Below, in pieces: positions 23,094-32,579 of a DNA stretch of 64,000 nucleotides. The stretch covers positions 2,266-66,265 of the forward strand of contig CAVTDH010000014.1 in NCBI GenBank assembly GCA_963733435.1, in the 5' to 3' direction. The position numbers and the translations under genes are program-made. Origin of the DNA: an uncultured beta proteobacterium (GTDB lineage: Bacteria; Pseudomonadota; Gammaproteobacteria; Burkholderiales; Casimicrobiaceae). The first letter of the stretch is position 1. Every line of letters starts with the position of its first letter. A model generated the notes under the pieces. The model was given only the letters and a program-made list of their open reading frames with translations, was not told where the DNA came from and ran no database searches.

Positions 23094-23615
23094 GTGCGCG
23101 ACGTGCACGCCGACGTGACGATCCGTTCCGCCTTTCTCGCGTTCGAGCGCAGGACCACGTCGGCTGCGCTCACGGTCGCCTGCGCGATGCTGGTCGCGGC
23201 GGCGTGCCTCGGGATGTACCAGATCCTGTCGCGCTTCGTGTTCGAGCAGCCGGCCGAATGGTCCGAAGTGCTGACCCGGTTCACGCTGATCTGGATGGTG
23301 TTCATGGGCGCGCCGTATGCGTTCCGGCAGGGGGCGATGGTCTCGGTCGACCTTGCGCACCGGATGGCGGGACCGCTCGGAAAGCGCCTCCTCGACATCG
23401 CGGCGGCCGCCTGCGCGCTGGTCGTGATCGCCGTCATGCTGTGGTTCGGCAGCGACTACGCGTACCGCGGACGGTTCCAGACGATCAGCGGCCTCGAATC
23501 CTTCTCGATGACCTGGGCGTACCTCGCCATCCCGGTCGGCGCCGTGTTCTCGGCGATCGCCGTGCTCGGTTGCCTGGTCGATCCGCGCCGCTACGAACTC
23601 GACACGGCGCAATAG
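23094..23615 (+). CDS. dctQ: TRAP transporter small permease DctQ
   Basis: Four predicted TM helices and the conserved SRFVFEQPAEWSEVLTRFTLIWMVFMGAPYAFR. The start codon is uncertain. Confidence 0.8.
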   Translation: MRDVHADVTIRSAFLAFERRTTSAALTVACAMLVAAACLGMYQILSRFVFEQPAEWSEVLTRFTLIWMVFMGAPYAFRQGAMVSVDLAHRMAGPLGKRLLDIAAAACALVVIAVMLWFGSDYAYRGRFQTISGLESFSMTWAYLAIPVGAVFSAIAVLGCLVDPRRYELDTAQ

Positions 23616-23633
23616 CAACCCACAGGAAACGCG

Positions 23634-24911
23634 ATGCCCGGCACGATGCTCTTCACGATGCTGCTCGCGTTCGCGCTGTCGGTCTCGGTCGCGGTCGCGA
23701 TCGGCATCGCGAGCCTCATCGGCGCGTGGCAGGCGAACCTGAGCTTCCTTGCCGTGGTCAAGGAGATGTTCTCGGCGATCAACAAGTTCCCGCTGGCCGC
23801 GATCCCGTTCTTCATCCTCGCCGGCAACCTGATGGAAACGGGCGGGATCTCCGCCCGGCTGGTCGAGTTCGCGAAGTCGATCGTCGGCGGCATCCAGGGT
23901 GGACTCGCGGCGACGTGCGTGCTGACCTGCATGATCTTCGCCGCGGTGTCCGGGTCGAGCGTCGCCACGACGTTCGCGATCGGCGCGATCCTGATCCCCG
24001 CGCTGATCAAGCACGGGTACCCGACCAACTACGCGGCGGCGCTGCAGGCGACGTCGGCCGAGCTGGGCGTCATCATCCCGCCGTCGATTCCGATGATCCT
24101 CTACGGCGTCGCGGCCGAAGTCTCGATCGGCGAGATGTTCATCGCGGGCTTCGGCCCGGGGCTCCTGATCGGCGGCGCGCTGATGGTGTTCGTCATCGTC
24201 TACGCGCGCATCAAGGGATACGGCAAGGGCGACCACGAGGGCCGCCTCCCGTTCCTGGTCGCGACGCGCCGTGCGGCGCTCGCGCTGCTGATGCCGGTGA
24301 TCATCCTGGGCGGCATCTACGGCGGCGTGTTCACGCCGACCGAGGCATCGGTGGTCGCCGTGTTCTACGCGCTCTTCATCGGCGTGGTCGTCTATCGCGA
24401 GACGAAACTCTCCGATCTCGGGCGGATCCTCAGGAAGAGCGTCGTGTCGTCGGCGGTGATCATGTTCATCATCGCCAACGCGGGTCTCTTCAGCTACCTC
24501 ATCACGCGCGCCGGCGTGCCGGCCCAGATCGGTGCGCTGCTGGTCGAGTGGCTGCAGTCGCCGGCGCTGTTCCTGCTCGGCGTGAACGTCGCGCTGTTCC
24601 TCATCGGGATGTTCATCGAGACCTCCGCGTCGATCATCGTGCTGGCGCCGATCCTCGCGCCCGTCGCGCAGCACTTCGGCATCGACCCCGTGCACTTCGG
24701 CATCGTGATGGTCGTCAACCTCGCGCTGGGCATGATCACGCCGCCGTTCGGCGTCAACCTGTTCGCGGCATGCACGGTGGCGCGCATCTCGATCGACCAG
24801 ATCGTCACGCGACTCGTCCCGTTCGTGCTGGTCGTGCTGGCGTGCCTCATGGTGATCACGTACGTGCCGGTGCTGTCGATCGGCCTGCGCGACCTCGTGT
24901 ACGCCAAGTGA
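23634..24911 (+). CDS. dctM: TRAP transporter large permease DctM
   Basis: A 425-aa polytopic membrane protein with typical DctM blocks (FPLAAIPFFILAGNLME, GGLAATCVLTCMIFAAVSGSS, ITPPFGVNLF). Confidence 0.9.
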   Translation: MPGTMLFTMLLAFALSVSVAVAIGIASLIGAWQANLSFLAVVKEMFSAINKFPLAAIPFFILAGNLMETGGISARLVEFAKSIVGGIQGGLAATCVLTCMIFAAVSGSSVATTFAIGAILIPALIKHGYPTNYAAALQATSAELGVIIPPSIPMILYGVAAEVSIGEMFIAGFGPGLLIGGALMVFVIVYARIKGYGKGDHEGRLPFLVATRRAALALLMPVIILGGIYGGVFTPTEASVVAVFYALFIGVVVYRETKLSDLGRILRKSVVSSAVIMFIIANAGLFSYLITRAGVPAQIGALLVEWLQSPALFLLGVNVALFLIGMFIETSASIIVLAPILAPVAQHFGIDPVHFGIVMVVNLALGMITPPFGVNLFAACTVARISIDQIVTRLVPFVLVVLACLMVITYVPVLSIGLRDLVYAK

Positions 24912-26113
24912 CGGAAGGCGCTCGCCCGCCGGGACCGCTCGCCGGCCTCAAGGTGCTCGAGATGGGTGCGCTCATCGCGGGCCCGTTCTGCACGAAGATC
25001 CTCGCCGAGTTCGGCGCGGACGTCGTGAAGATCGAGCCGCCGAAGCACGGCGATCCGCTCCGCAAGTGGCGCTACATGAAGGACGGCACGTCCGTCTGGT
25101 GGCACGTGCAGTCGCGCAACAAGCGGTCGGTCACCGTCGACCTGCGGCAGCCCGAGGGACAGGCGATCGCGCGCGCGCTCGCGCTGCGCGCCGACATCCT
25201 CGTCGAGAATTTCCGGCCGGGCACGCTCGAAGGCTGGGGATTGTCGTACGAATCGCTCGCGGCGCAGAACCCGGGGCTCGTGATGGTCCGCATCTCGGGC
25301 TACGGCCAGACGGGTCCGTACCACGAGCGGCCGGGCTTCGGCGTGATCGGCGAGGCGATGGGCGGCCTGCGCCACGTGACCGGGACGCCCGACCGACCGC
25401 CGTCGCGCGTCGGCGTGTCGATCGGCGACACGCTGTCCGCGCTGTACGGCGTCATCGGTGCGATGTTCGCGCTCGAGCACCGGCGCCGGACCGGCATCGG
25501 CCAGGTCGTCGACGTCGCGCTCTACGAATCGGTGTTCTCGGTCATGGAGTCGTTGCTGCCGGAGTTCGACGCGTTCGGCGCCGTGCGCGAGCGCAGCGGC
25601 TCGATCCTGCCGGGCATCGCGCCGACGTCGGCGTATCGCTGTCGCGACGGCACGTACGTGCTGATCGCCGGCAACGGCGACTCGATCTTCCGGCGGCTGT
25701 GCGCGGCGATGGGCCGCGACGATCTCGCGAACGATCCCGGGCTCGCGCACAACGACGGACGCGGCGCGCGGCAGGCGTGGCTCGACGGACAGATCGAGGC
25801 GTGGACGACGACGCTCGCGCCGGAGGACGTGCTCGCCGCGATGGAGCGCGCGGAGGTGCCCGCGTCGCGCATCTACTCGATCCGCGACATCGTCGCGGAT
25901 GCGCACTACCAGGCGCGCGGGATGATCCGCGAGATCCGCACTGCGAACGGCGACACGCTGAAGGTGCCGGGCGTCGTGCCGACGCTGTCCGCCACGCCGG
26001 GCGGATTCGCCGGCGGCGGACCGGAGCTCGGCGCGCATACGGACGAGGTGCTGCGCGAGCTGGGCTATGCGGACTCGGCGATCGCCGGGTTGCGGGCGCG
26101 CGGAGTTCTCTAG
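24908..26113 (+). CDS. CaiB/BaiF family (class III) CoA-transferase
   Basis: GTG start overlaps the dctM stop (GTGA). Contains GLKVLEMGALIAGPFCTKILAEFGADVVKIEPP and ADILVENFRPGTLE. Confidence 0.9.
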   Translation: MTEGARPPGPLAGLKVLEMGALIAGPFCTKILAEFGADVVKIEPPKHGDPLRKWRYMKDGTSVWWHVQSRNKRSVTVDLRQPEGQAIARALALRADILVENFRPGTLEGWGLSYESLAAQNPGLVMVRISGYGQTGPYHERPGFGVIGEAMGGLRHVTGTPDRPPSRVGVSIGDTLSALYGVIGAMFALEHRRRTGIGQVVDVALYESVFSVMESLLPEFDAFGAVRERSGSILPGIAPTSAYRCRDGTYVLIAGNGDSIFRRLCAAMGRDDLANDPGLAHNDGRGARQAWLDGQIEAWTTTLAPEDVLAAMERAEVPASRIYSIRDIVADAHYQARGMIREIRTANGDTLKVPGVVPTLSATPGGFAGGGPELGAHTDEVLRELGYADSAIAGLRARGVL

Positions 26114-26713
26114 TCCGTTTCGGCGGCGATCCCGAGCGCGCGCAGCAACGTCTTCTCGGTCGTCGCCAGGATGCGCTGGCGTGCTTCCGGGGCCGCGACC
26201 GCGCGCGCGAGGACGACCGCACCCACGCACGCCGTATAGACCGCCAGCGCCGATTCGCGGCGCGTCATGCCCGCGACCGGCGGAAAGCGCTCGGCAATGC
26301 GATCGAGCAGCGCCCCCGTGCGCGCGGCGAACTCGTTCTGGAATTCGCGACCGCCGCGGGCGACATCCGGCAGGAACAGCGTCAGCGGGCACGCGCGATC
26401 GAGCGAGGGGTCGTCCGCCTGCGCCAGGTAGCGCCGGATCAGCGCGCGCACCCAGGGCGCACCGTCGGGAATCGCGGCCAACGATGCCAGCAGCCGATCG
26501 ACGCTCGACTCGAGGCCGGCCAGCAGCGCCTCGTGCGCGAGCGCGTCCTTCGACGGGAAGTGCGCATAGAAACCGCCCACCGTGAGCCCGGCCTCGCGCA
26601 TCACGGCCTCGACCGACGCGGCCTCGACGCCGCGGGCCTTCATCACGCGGTCGGCGGCACCCAGGATCTTCTTCCGCGGTTTCGGCCTTGTGCGCGCTGG
26701 AATATCGTGCCAT
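26110..26713 (-). pseudogene. TetR/AcrR family transcriptional regulator, one frameshift near 26670 in the N-terminal HTH region
   Basis: ORF 26110-26646 begins inside the HTH (MKARGVEAASVEAVMREAGLTVGGFYAHFPSKDAL). The missing N-terminus (MARYSSAHKAETA / RKKILGAADRV) is upstream in another frame. Confidence 0.8.
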
Positions 26714-26718
26714 GATCA

Positions 26719-26744
26719 CCATAATATTACATATATAATTCTTT
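26719..26744. promoter_or_regulatory. AT-rich divergent promoter/operator region between the TetR and GNAT genes
   Basis: CCATAATATTACATATATAATTCTTT sits in a 70% GC background. There is a plus-strand TATAAT at 26734-26739. A minus-strand TATTAT lies about 8 nt before the TetR ATG, so that transcript may be leaderless. Confidence 0.35.
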
Positions 26745-26807
26745 GGCAACCCTTGCCGCCACCGCAACTGCAACCGTTGCTCCGGCCGAAACGCAAAGGA
26801 GTCGACG

Positions 26808-27377
26808 ATGCGACCGTTTTCCTGGTCCTTCCTGCGTCCCGCCGATCCGGTCCCGAAACTGTTCGACGGCCGTCCGCTGTGGATCGGACCGATCACGCCG
26901 GCCGCCAAGCCGCTCATCGCGCGCGGCCTCGCGCGCATCTCGCCCGAGACCAGCCGCCGCCGGTTCTTCACGGTTCGCTATCGGTTCTCCGACGCGGAAC
27001 TCGACGCGCTGACGAATCTCGACGGACACGTGCGGTACGCCTTGGGCGCGACGGTGCGCGAGGCGAACGGCGAGGCGGAACCGGTCGGCGTCGCGCGCTT
27101 CGCCCGCCTGGACGACGCGCCGACGGTCGCCGAAGTGGCGATCCTCGTCATCGACGCGTTCCAGGGCCAGGGCGTCGGGCGCACGCTGCTGAAGCGTCTG
27201 GCCGCGGCGGCGCTCGCGCGCGGCATCGTGCGCTTCCGCGGCATCGTGCAGTCGGACAACCGCCCGATCATCCGGTTGCTCACGCAGTACGCGCCGAACC
27301 CGGTCATCACGCGCGCCGATGACCTTCTGGCGATCGACATCGACCTCGCCGGCTCGCAGCGCGAGATATTCGCCTAG
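26808..27377 (+). CDS. GNAT family N-acetyltransferase (Pat-like RFF motif)
   Basis: AGGAG Shine-Dalgarno sequence before the ATG. Contains SPETSRRRFF...SDAELDALTNLD and a CoA-binding block VIDAFQGQGVGRTLL. Confidence 0.8.
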   Translation: MRPFSWSFLRPADPVPKLFDGRPLWIGPITPAAKPLIARGLARISPETSRRRFFTVRYRFSDAELDALTNLDGHVRYALGATVREANGEAEPVGVARFARLDDAPTVAEVAILVIDAFQGQGVGRTLLKRLAAAALARGIVRFRGIVQSDNRPIIRLLTQYAPNPVITRADDLLAIDIDLAGSQREIFA

Positions 27378-27424
27378 GCAACGTCCGCGCAGGGCATTCG
27401 TCGGGTCCGTGGCTGAAGTGAAGC

Positions 27425-27686
27425 CTACCGTCGCGCGGTCGGTGGCCCCTTCAACTCGACGGTGTTCCCGTCGGGATCGGCGATGTAGATCGACGGGCCG
27501 GCGCCTTCGGCGCCCACCCGCGTTGCGGTCGGTCCCGCCGGAATGGCGAAGCGGGCGAGGTGCGCGCGGATCGCCGCCTCGTCGAAAGGCTCGACGCGCG
27601 ACGTAGAAGTGCGTTGCGCCCTTCGCGTGCCGGCGAGCCGCACCGCCCGCCGCGGAGCGCCGCGCGATGTCGCGGATGTGGATCAC
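27425..27686 (-). pseudogene. VOC (glyoxalase/bleomycin-resistance) family remnant, frameshifted and too short
   Basis: The C-terminal strand IYIADPDGNTVEL is typical of VOC proteins. Only about 95 codons fit between the flanking genes, and the N-terminal part is in another frame. Confidence 0.4.
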
Positions 27687-27717
27687 GACCGTCGCCGCAC
27701 GTAGACCGTCACGCGCA

Positions 27718-28473
27718 TCAGACGCAGCGGCCGCCGTCCACTTCGAGGCACGCGCCGGTGACGAACGACGCCTCGTCGGACGCGAAGAACACCGCGGCCG
27801 TCGCGATGTCGGACGGCTGCGAGAGGCGGCCCAGCGGAATCGACGCGACGAACTGCGCGCGCCGCTCCGGCGTGTCCTGCCCCATGAAGTCGGCGAGCAT
27901 CGCCGTCTCGCCCGCCACCGGATTGATCACGTTCACCCGGATGTTGTCCTTCGCGAGTTCGGCCGCCATCGAGCGCGACGTGACGATCGCCGCGCCCTTG
28001 CTGCCGTTGTACCAGGTGAGGCCGGGCCGCGGCCGCACGCCCGCGGTGGATGCGATCGTGATGAACGAGCCGCCATGCTTCTCGCGCATGTGCGGCACCG
28101 CATGGCGCGCGGTCAGGAACAGGCTCTTCACGTTGACCTGGTAGATGCGGTCGAACTCCGCCTCGCTGACGTCGAGCATCGGCTGGTTCCGGTGGGTGGT
28201 GCCCGCGTTGTTGACGACGATGTCGAGGCCGCCGTAGGTCGCCAGCGTGAACTCGACCAGGCGCTTCACATCGCCGTCGTGCGAGACGTCGCCCGCCATG
28301 AAGCGCGCGTCGCCACCCGCCTCGGTGATGTTCTGGACCGTGTGCTCGCCGTTCTCCGCGTTGACGTCGTTCACGACGACGCGCGCCCCCTCCGCCGCGA
28401 AGCGCAGCGCAATGCCCCGTCCGAACCCGGAACCCGCGCCGGTCACGATCGCAATCTTGTTCCTGAGTCTCAT
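27718..28473 (-). CDS. SDR family oxidoreductase
   Basis: TGAGSGFGRGIA (NAD(P)-binding), NNAG and the YNGSK catalytic motif. The ATG at 28473 gives 251 aa. Confidence 0.9.
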   Translation of the reverse strand: MRLRNKIAIVTGAGSGFGRGIALRFAAEGARVVVNDVNAENGEHTVQNITEAGGDARFMAGDVSHDGDVKRLVEFTLATYGGLDIVVNNAGTTHRNQPMLDVSEAEFDRIYQVNVKSLFLTARHAVPHMREKHGGSFITIASTAGVRPRPGLTWYNGSKGAAIVTSRSMAAELAKDNIRVNVINPVAGETAMLADFMGQDTPERRAQFVASIPLGRLSQPSDIATAAVFFASDEASFVTGACLEVDGGRCV

Positions 28474-28596
28474 CGTCTTCCCCTGTTTGCCGCGCGCACC
28501 GCACGCGCGACCGATGCATCGGTCGTTCCGCCCTTCGCGACACGCCATAGGTGCCGGCGTGCGATCGCATGCAGTTCCATCCGGCGCATTCCGGCG

Positions 28597-30070
28597 CTAG
28601 CCATGCCGCAGCACGACCGTCTTCAACGTCGTGAACCCGTACAGCGCCTCGAAGCCCTTCTCGCGGCCGTGGCCCGAATGCTTGACGCCGCCGAACGGCA
28701 GCTCGACGCCGCCGCCCGCCCCGTAGTTGTTGACGAAGACCTGGCCGCTGCCGAGCTTGCGGGCCATCCGCAACTGGCGCGCGCCGTCGCGCGTCCACAC
28801 GCCCGCCACCAGTCCGAAGTCCGTGCCGTTGGCCAGGCGCACGGCGTCGGCCTCGTCCGTGAAGGCCATCGCCGCCAGCACGGGCCCGAACACCTCGTCG
28901 CGCGCCAGGCGATGTTCGCTCGGCACGTCGCGCAGCAGCGCCGGCGCCACGTAGTAACCGGTGCCCGGCGCGTCCGGCGCGACCGTGCCCTGCGCGACCA
29001 GCGCAATGCCGTCCCGCGCGGCGTCCGCCAGGAACTCGCGCACGCGCGCCTGCTGCGACGCGCGGATCAGCGGACCGCAGTCGCGGTCGGCGCGCGCCGG
29101 GCCTGCGACCAGCGCCGCGAACCGCGCGCCCAGCCTCTCCAGCAATTCCTCGTAGCGCGACTGCTCGACCAGCAGGCGGCTGCCGGCCGAGCATGTCTGC
29201 CCCGCGTTCTGCACGATCGCATTGACGAGCGCGGGCAGCGCCGCGTCGAGATCGGCATCGGCGAACACGATCTGCGGCGACTTGCCGCCGAGTTCGAGCG
29301 TCACCGGGCAATGCCGTTGCGCGGCCGTGGCGGCGACCCACGCGCCGGTGGCCGGCGACCCGGTGAACGAGATGTGCTGGATCCCCGGATGCGCGACCAG
29401 CGCGGCGCCGGCCTCTTGTCCCAGTCCCGTCACGATGTTGAGCGCGCCCGGTGGCAGGCCCACGCCCGCGGCGAGCTCCGCGACGCGCAGCAGCGACAGG
29501 CACGCATCCTCGGCCGGCTTGACGACGCACGCGTTGCCGGCGGCGAGCGAACCGCCGACCGAGCGGCCGAAGATCTGCAGCGGATAGTTCCACGGGATCA
29601 CGTGACCGGTGACGCCGAACGGCTCGCGCCACGTCAGCACGGTGAAGCCTTCGGGATACGGAATCGTCGCGCCGTGCAGCTTGTCGCACGCCCCTCCGTA
29701 GAACTCGAAGTAACGTGCGCACGCGGCGACGTCGGCGCGCGCCTGCGTCAGCGGCTTGCCGCAGTCGCGCGCCTCGACCAGCGCCAGCTCCTCGGCGTGC
29801 TCGAGGATCGCGCGCCCCAACGCGCCGAGCAGCCGCCCCTTCTCCGCCGGGCGACAGGCGGCCCCATGCGCCGTCGCGCGCCGCCTGCGCGGCGCGCACG
29901 GCAGCGTCGACGTCCTCGGCGTTGCCGCGCGCGATGTTGGCGAACGGCGCGCCGTCGGACGGGTCGATCATCGGCAGCACGTTGCCGCCGGCGGGCGCCT
30001 GCCAGCGGTTGGCGATGAAGTGCTGCGCCGGCGTGCGGATCGCCGGCCATTGGGTCTCGTGTGCGTTCAT
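28597..30070 (-). pseudogene. NAD(P)-dependent aldehyde dehydrogenase, one frameshift near 29830-29850
   Basis: ELGGKSP and QNAGQTCSAGSR (catalytic Cys) are in ORF 28597-29820. The N-terminus MNAHETQWPAI...FIANRWQAP...DPSDGAPFANIARGNAEDVDAAV is in the frame of ORF 27683-30136. Confidence 0.9.
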
Positions 30071-30324
30071 CCTGGACGAAGCTCCGGTCGGGGCTCGACC
30101 CGACTTGTCGGTACTGGAAGGAGAACGCCGGCGCAAGCAAGCCGGCGTCGGGTGACGTGCGCGATCAATCGCGCCGCCGGCCTTCGCGTGGCGATTGCGC
30201 CCTGCGCAAGCACCCGCCTCCCGGGATCCTCATGTGATCTTCAGCCGTGTCGAGTTGCAGGGCTCCGGGCTGCGCCGCGCATTCGCGTACCGCGTGGCGA
30301 GCGAAGCGAGCCCCGGTCCCGCAT

Positions 30325-31890
30325 TCACTTCTTCGGCACGAATTTCCACGCCAGCGTCTGCTCGTCCACGCGCGGCGCGTAGGTGATGCCGTCGCGCGTC
30401 GCCCACAGGCTGATCTGGAAATGCAGCGGAATGATGCCGGTGTCGCCGATCGCGAGTTCGGCCGCGCGCTGCAGGTACGCCTCGCGCTTCACGTCGTCGA
30501 CGAGCTGCAACGCATCCTCGGTCAGCGCGTCGACCTTCGTGTTCGAGTAGCGGCCGCGGTTCGCGGTGCCGTAGCCCTTGTCCTTGTTGAACGTCATGAG
30601 CAGCGCCTTCAGCGACGACGACGACTCGCCGGTACCGGTGCTCCAGCCGACCAGCAGCACGCTGAACTTGAGTTCGGTCGCCTGCGGGAAGAACGTCGCC
30701 GAGGGCATCGCGACGACCTTGGTCGGAATGCCCGCCCGCGTCCACATCTGCGCGATCGCCTGCGCGATCTTCGCGTCGTTCACGTAGCGGTTGTTGGTCG
30801 CGTGCAGCGTGACTTCGAAGCCGTCCGGGTACCCGGCCTCGGCGAGGAGCTTCTTCGCCCCCTCCGGGTCGAACGGCTCGACCTTGAGGTTCTTCGTCGC
30901 GCCGAACAGGAAATCCGGGACGAGCTGGCCGGCGGGAATCGCCTCGCCTTCCATCACGCGCTCGACGATCGCCGGGCGGTTGATCATCTTCGACAGTGCC
31001 TTGCGTACCCGCGTGTCCTTGAGCGGATTGCGGTCGAGCGGCTTCCCGTCCTTCGCGGTGACCGTCGGCGTGATCGCGCGGTCGCTGTCGAGGTGCACGT
31101 ACATGAGGCGGTCGGAGATGCCGCGGTAGATGCCGAGCTTCTTGTCCGTCTTGAGCTTCGCGACGTCGGCGGTGGGCACGTTCTCGATCACCTGCACGTC
31201 GCCCGACAGGAGCGCCGCGACGCGCGACGCGTCCTGCGTGAGGATCCGCAGCGTGACCTTGTCCCACGGCGTCTTGCCGCCCCACCAGGCGTCGTTGCGC
31301 GCGAGCTCGATGCGGTCGCCCTTCGTGAATTTCACCAGCTTGTACGGGCCGGTGCCGATCGCCGCCTTGCCGGAGTTGAAGTCGTCGGTGGACGCGTTGG
31401 CGAACTGCTTGCTGATGATCGCGATCTGCGACATGTCCGACGGCATCAGCGGATACGGCTGCGCCGTCTTGAAGCGGATCGTGTAGGGGTCGACGACCTC
31501 CATCTTCTGGATCTGCTTCGTGTAGGCGGTGAAGGGCGACGGGCTGTTCGGCACCTTCGGCACGCGCTCGATGGAGGCGACGACGTCGGCCGCGGTGAAG
31601 TCGCTGCCGTCGTGGAACTTGACGCCGCGGCGGAGCTTGAACTCCCACGTCGTGGCGTCGATCGCCTTCCACTCGGTGGCGAGGCTCGGGATCGGTTGCG
31701 ACTTCTCGTCGCGCGCCACGAGGTAGCCGAAGAGGTGCGACGCGACGTTGTTGTTGGGCGTGAGGTTGTGATAGTGCGGGTCGGTCGCGGTGACGTCGGT
31801 GCCCAACCCGATCGCGAGGTTCGCGGCCATGGTCGGCAACGCAAGCAAGGCCGCCGCGAGCGCGGCAAGAAGGCGACGGAAGACACGCAT
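30325..31890 (-). CDS. ABC transporter substrate-binding protein, family 5 (peptide/nickel type); no permease genes adjacent
   Basis: Signal peptide MRVFRRLLAALAAALLALPTMA, then EWKAIDATTWEFKLRRGVKFHDGSDFTAADV and GTGPYKLVKFTKGDRIEL. Confidence 0.9.
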   Translation of the reverse strand: MRVFRRLLAALAAALLALPTMAANLAIGLGTDVTATDPHYHNLTPNNNVASHLFGYLVARDEKSQPIPSLATEWKAIDATTWEFKLRRGVKFHDGSDFTAADVVASIERVPKVPNSPSPFTAYTKQIQKMEVVDPYTIRFKTAQPYPLMPSDMSQIAIISKQFANASTDDFNSGKAAIGTGPYKLVKFTKGDRIELARNDAWWGGKTPWDKVTLRILTQDASRVAALLSGDVQVIENVPTADVAKLKTDKKLGIYRGISDRLMYVHLDSDRAITPTVTAKDGKPLDRNPLKDTRVRKALSKMINRPAIVERVMEGEAIPAGQLVPDFLFGATKNLKVEPFDPEGAKKLLAEAGYPDGFEVTLHATNNRYVNDAKIAQAIAQMWTRAGIPTKVVAMPSATFFPQATELKFSVLLVGWSTGTGESSSSLKALLMTFNKDKGYGTANRGRYSNTKVDALTEDALQLVDDVKREAYLQRAAELAIGDTGIIPLHFQISLWATRDGITYAPRVDEQTLAWKFVPKK

Positions 31891-32120
31891 CAGGAATTCT
31901 CCAGGAGGGACACGACCCGCCGCGCTGCGACGGTGGCGCGGGTTTCGGCACGACGGGGTAAGGATAGCGCAACCCGTTTCCGTTTGTAACAGCGGGCTCG
32001 CGGACGCCCCGAGCGTCAACGACACGCATCGCGACCGCGTTGTCGACTCCACGGCCCAACGCTTCGCGACCTGCGCGAGGCGGGCCTACCGCAAGGAGAT
32101 TCAGGGATGATTCGCAACGC

Positions 32121-32498
32121 ATGATCGCCACCGCAGGCATGGCACTCCTCGGCATGGCCGCACTGTTCCCGGCCACCGCGTCGGCAGGAGGCAATGTCGC
32201 GTGGAGCGTGACGGTCGGCGGACCGGGCTTCGCGGTCACCGCAGGCGAACCCGGCTTTGCCGGCGCGCCCTACCGCCCGTACTTTCGGCCGCACCTCCGT
32301 CCGTACCCATCGCCGGTCGTCATCGCACCGAACGTTGCCTACCGTCCGTGGTTCGTGCCGGCGGTCAGGCCGGTCCCGTATCGAGCCTATGCCGGGCAGG
32401 CGGTCGTGTACGGGCCGGCGCCGGTCGTCGTGGGGCCGCAGCGCTACGTCGTCGCGCCGCGGCCGTTTGCGCCGGCCGGGGGCTACTACCGTTATTGA
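32121..32498 (+). CDS. Small secreted Pro/Tyr/Arg/Val-rich hypothetical protein
   Basis: Signal peptide MIATAGMALLGMAALFPATASA followed by a low-complexity YRPY/RPxP-rich body ending GGYYRY. I recognise no family. Confidence 0.55.
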   Translation: MIATAGMALLGMAALFPATASAGGNVAWSVTVGGPGFAVTAGEPGFAGAPYRPYFRPHLRPYPSPVVIAPNVAYRPWFVPAVRPVPYRAYAGQAVVYGPAPVVVGPQRYVVAPRPFAPAGGYYRY

Positions 32499-32519
32499 AC
32501 CTCGCGTCGCCGCACGAAG

Positions 32520-32542
32520 CGCGCCGCCGGCCCGGCGGCGCG
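32520..32542. terminator. GC-rich hairpin between convergent genes
   Basis: CGCGCCGCC-ggccc-GGCGGCGCG. No U-tract. Confidence 0.3.
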
Positions 32543-32579
32543 CGCGGCCATCATCGCGTGAGTCGTACGCAGCCCTGCA

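Noticed and set aside
27425-27717. A full-length glyoxalase/VOC gene.
   Set aside because: Only about 95 codons fit between the neighbouring genes, the two halves are in different frames, and the N-terminal beta-alpha-beta-beta-beta module is not recognisable. It is treated as a remnant.
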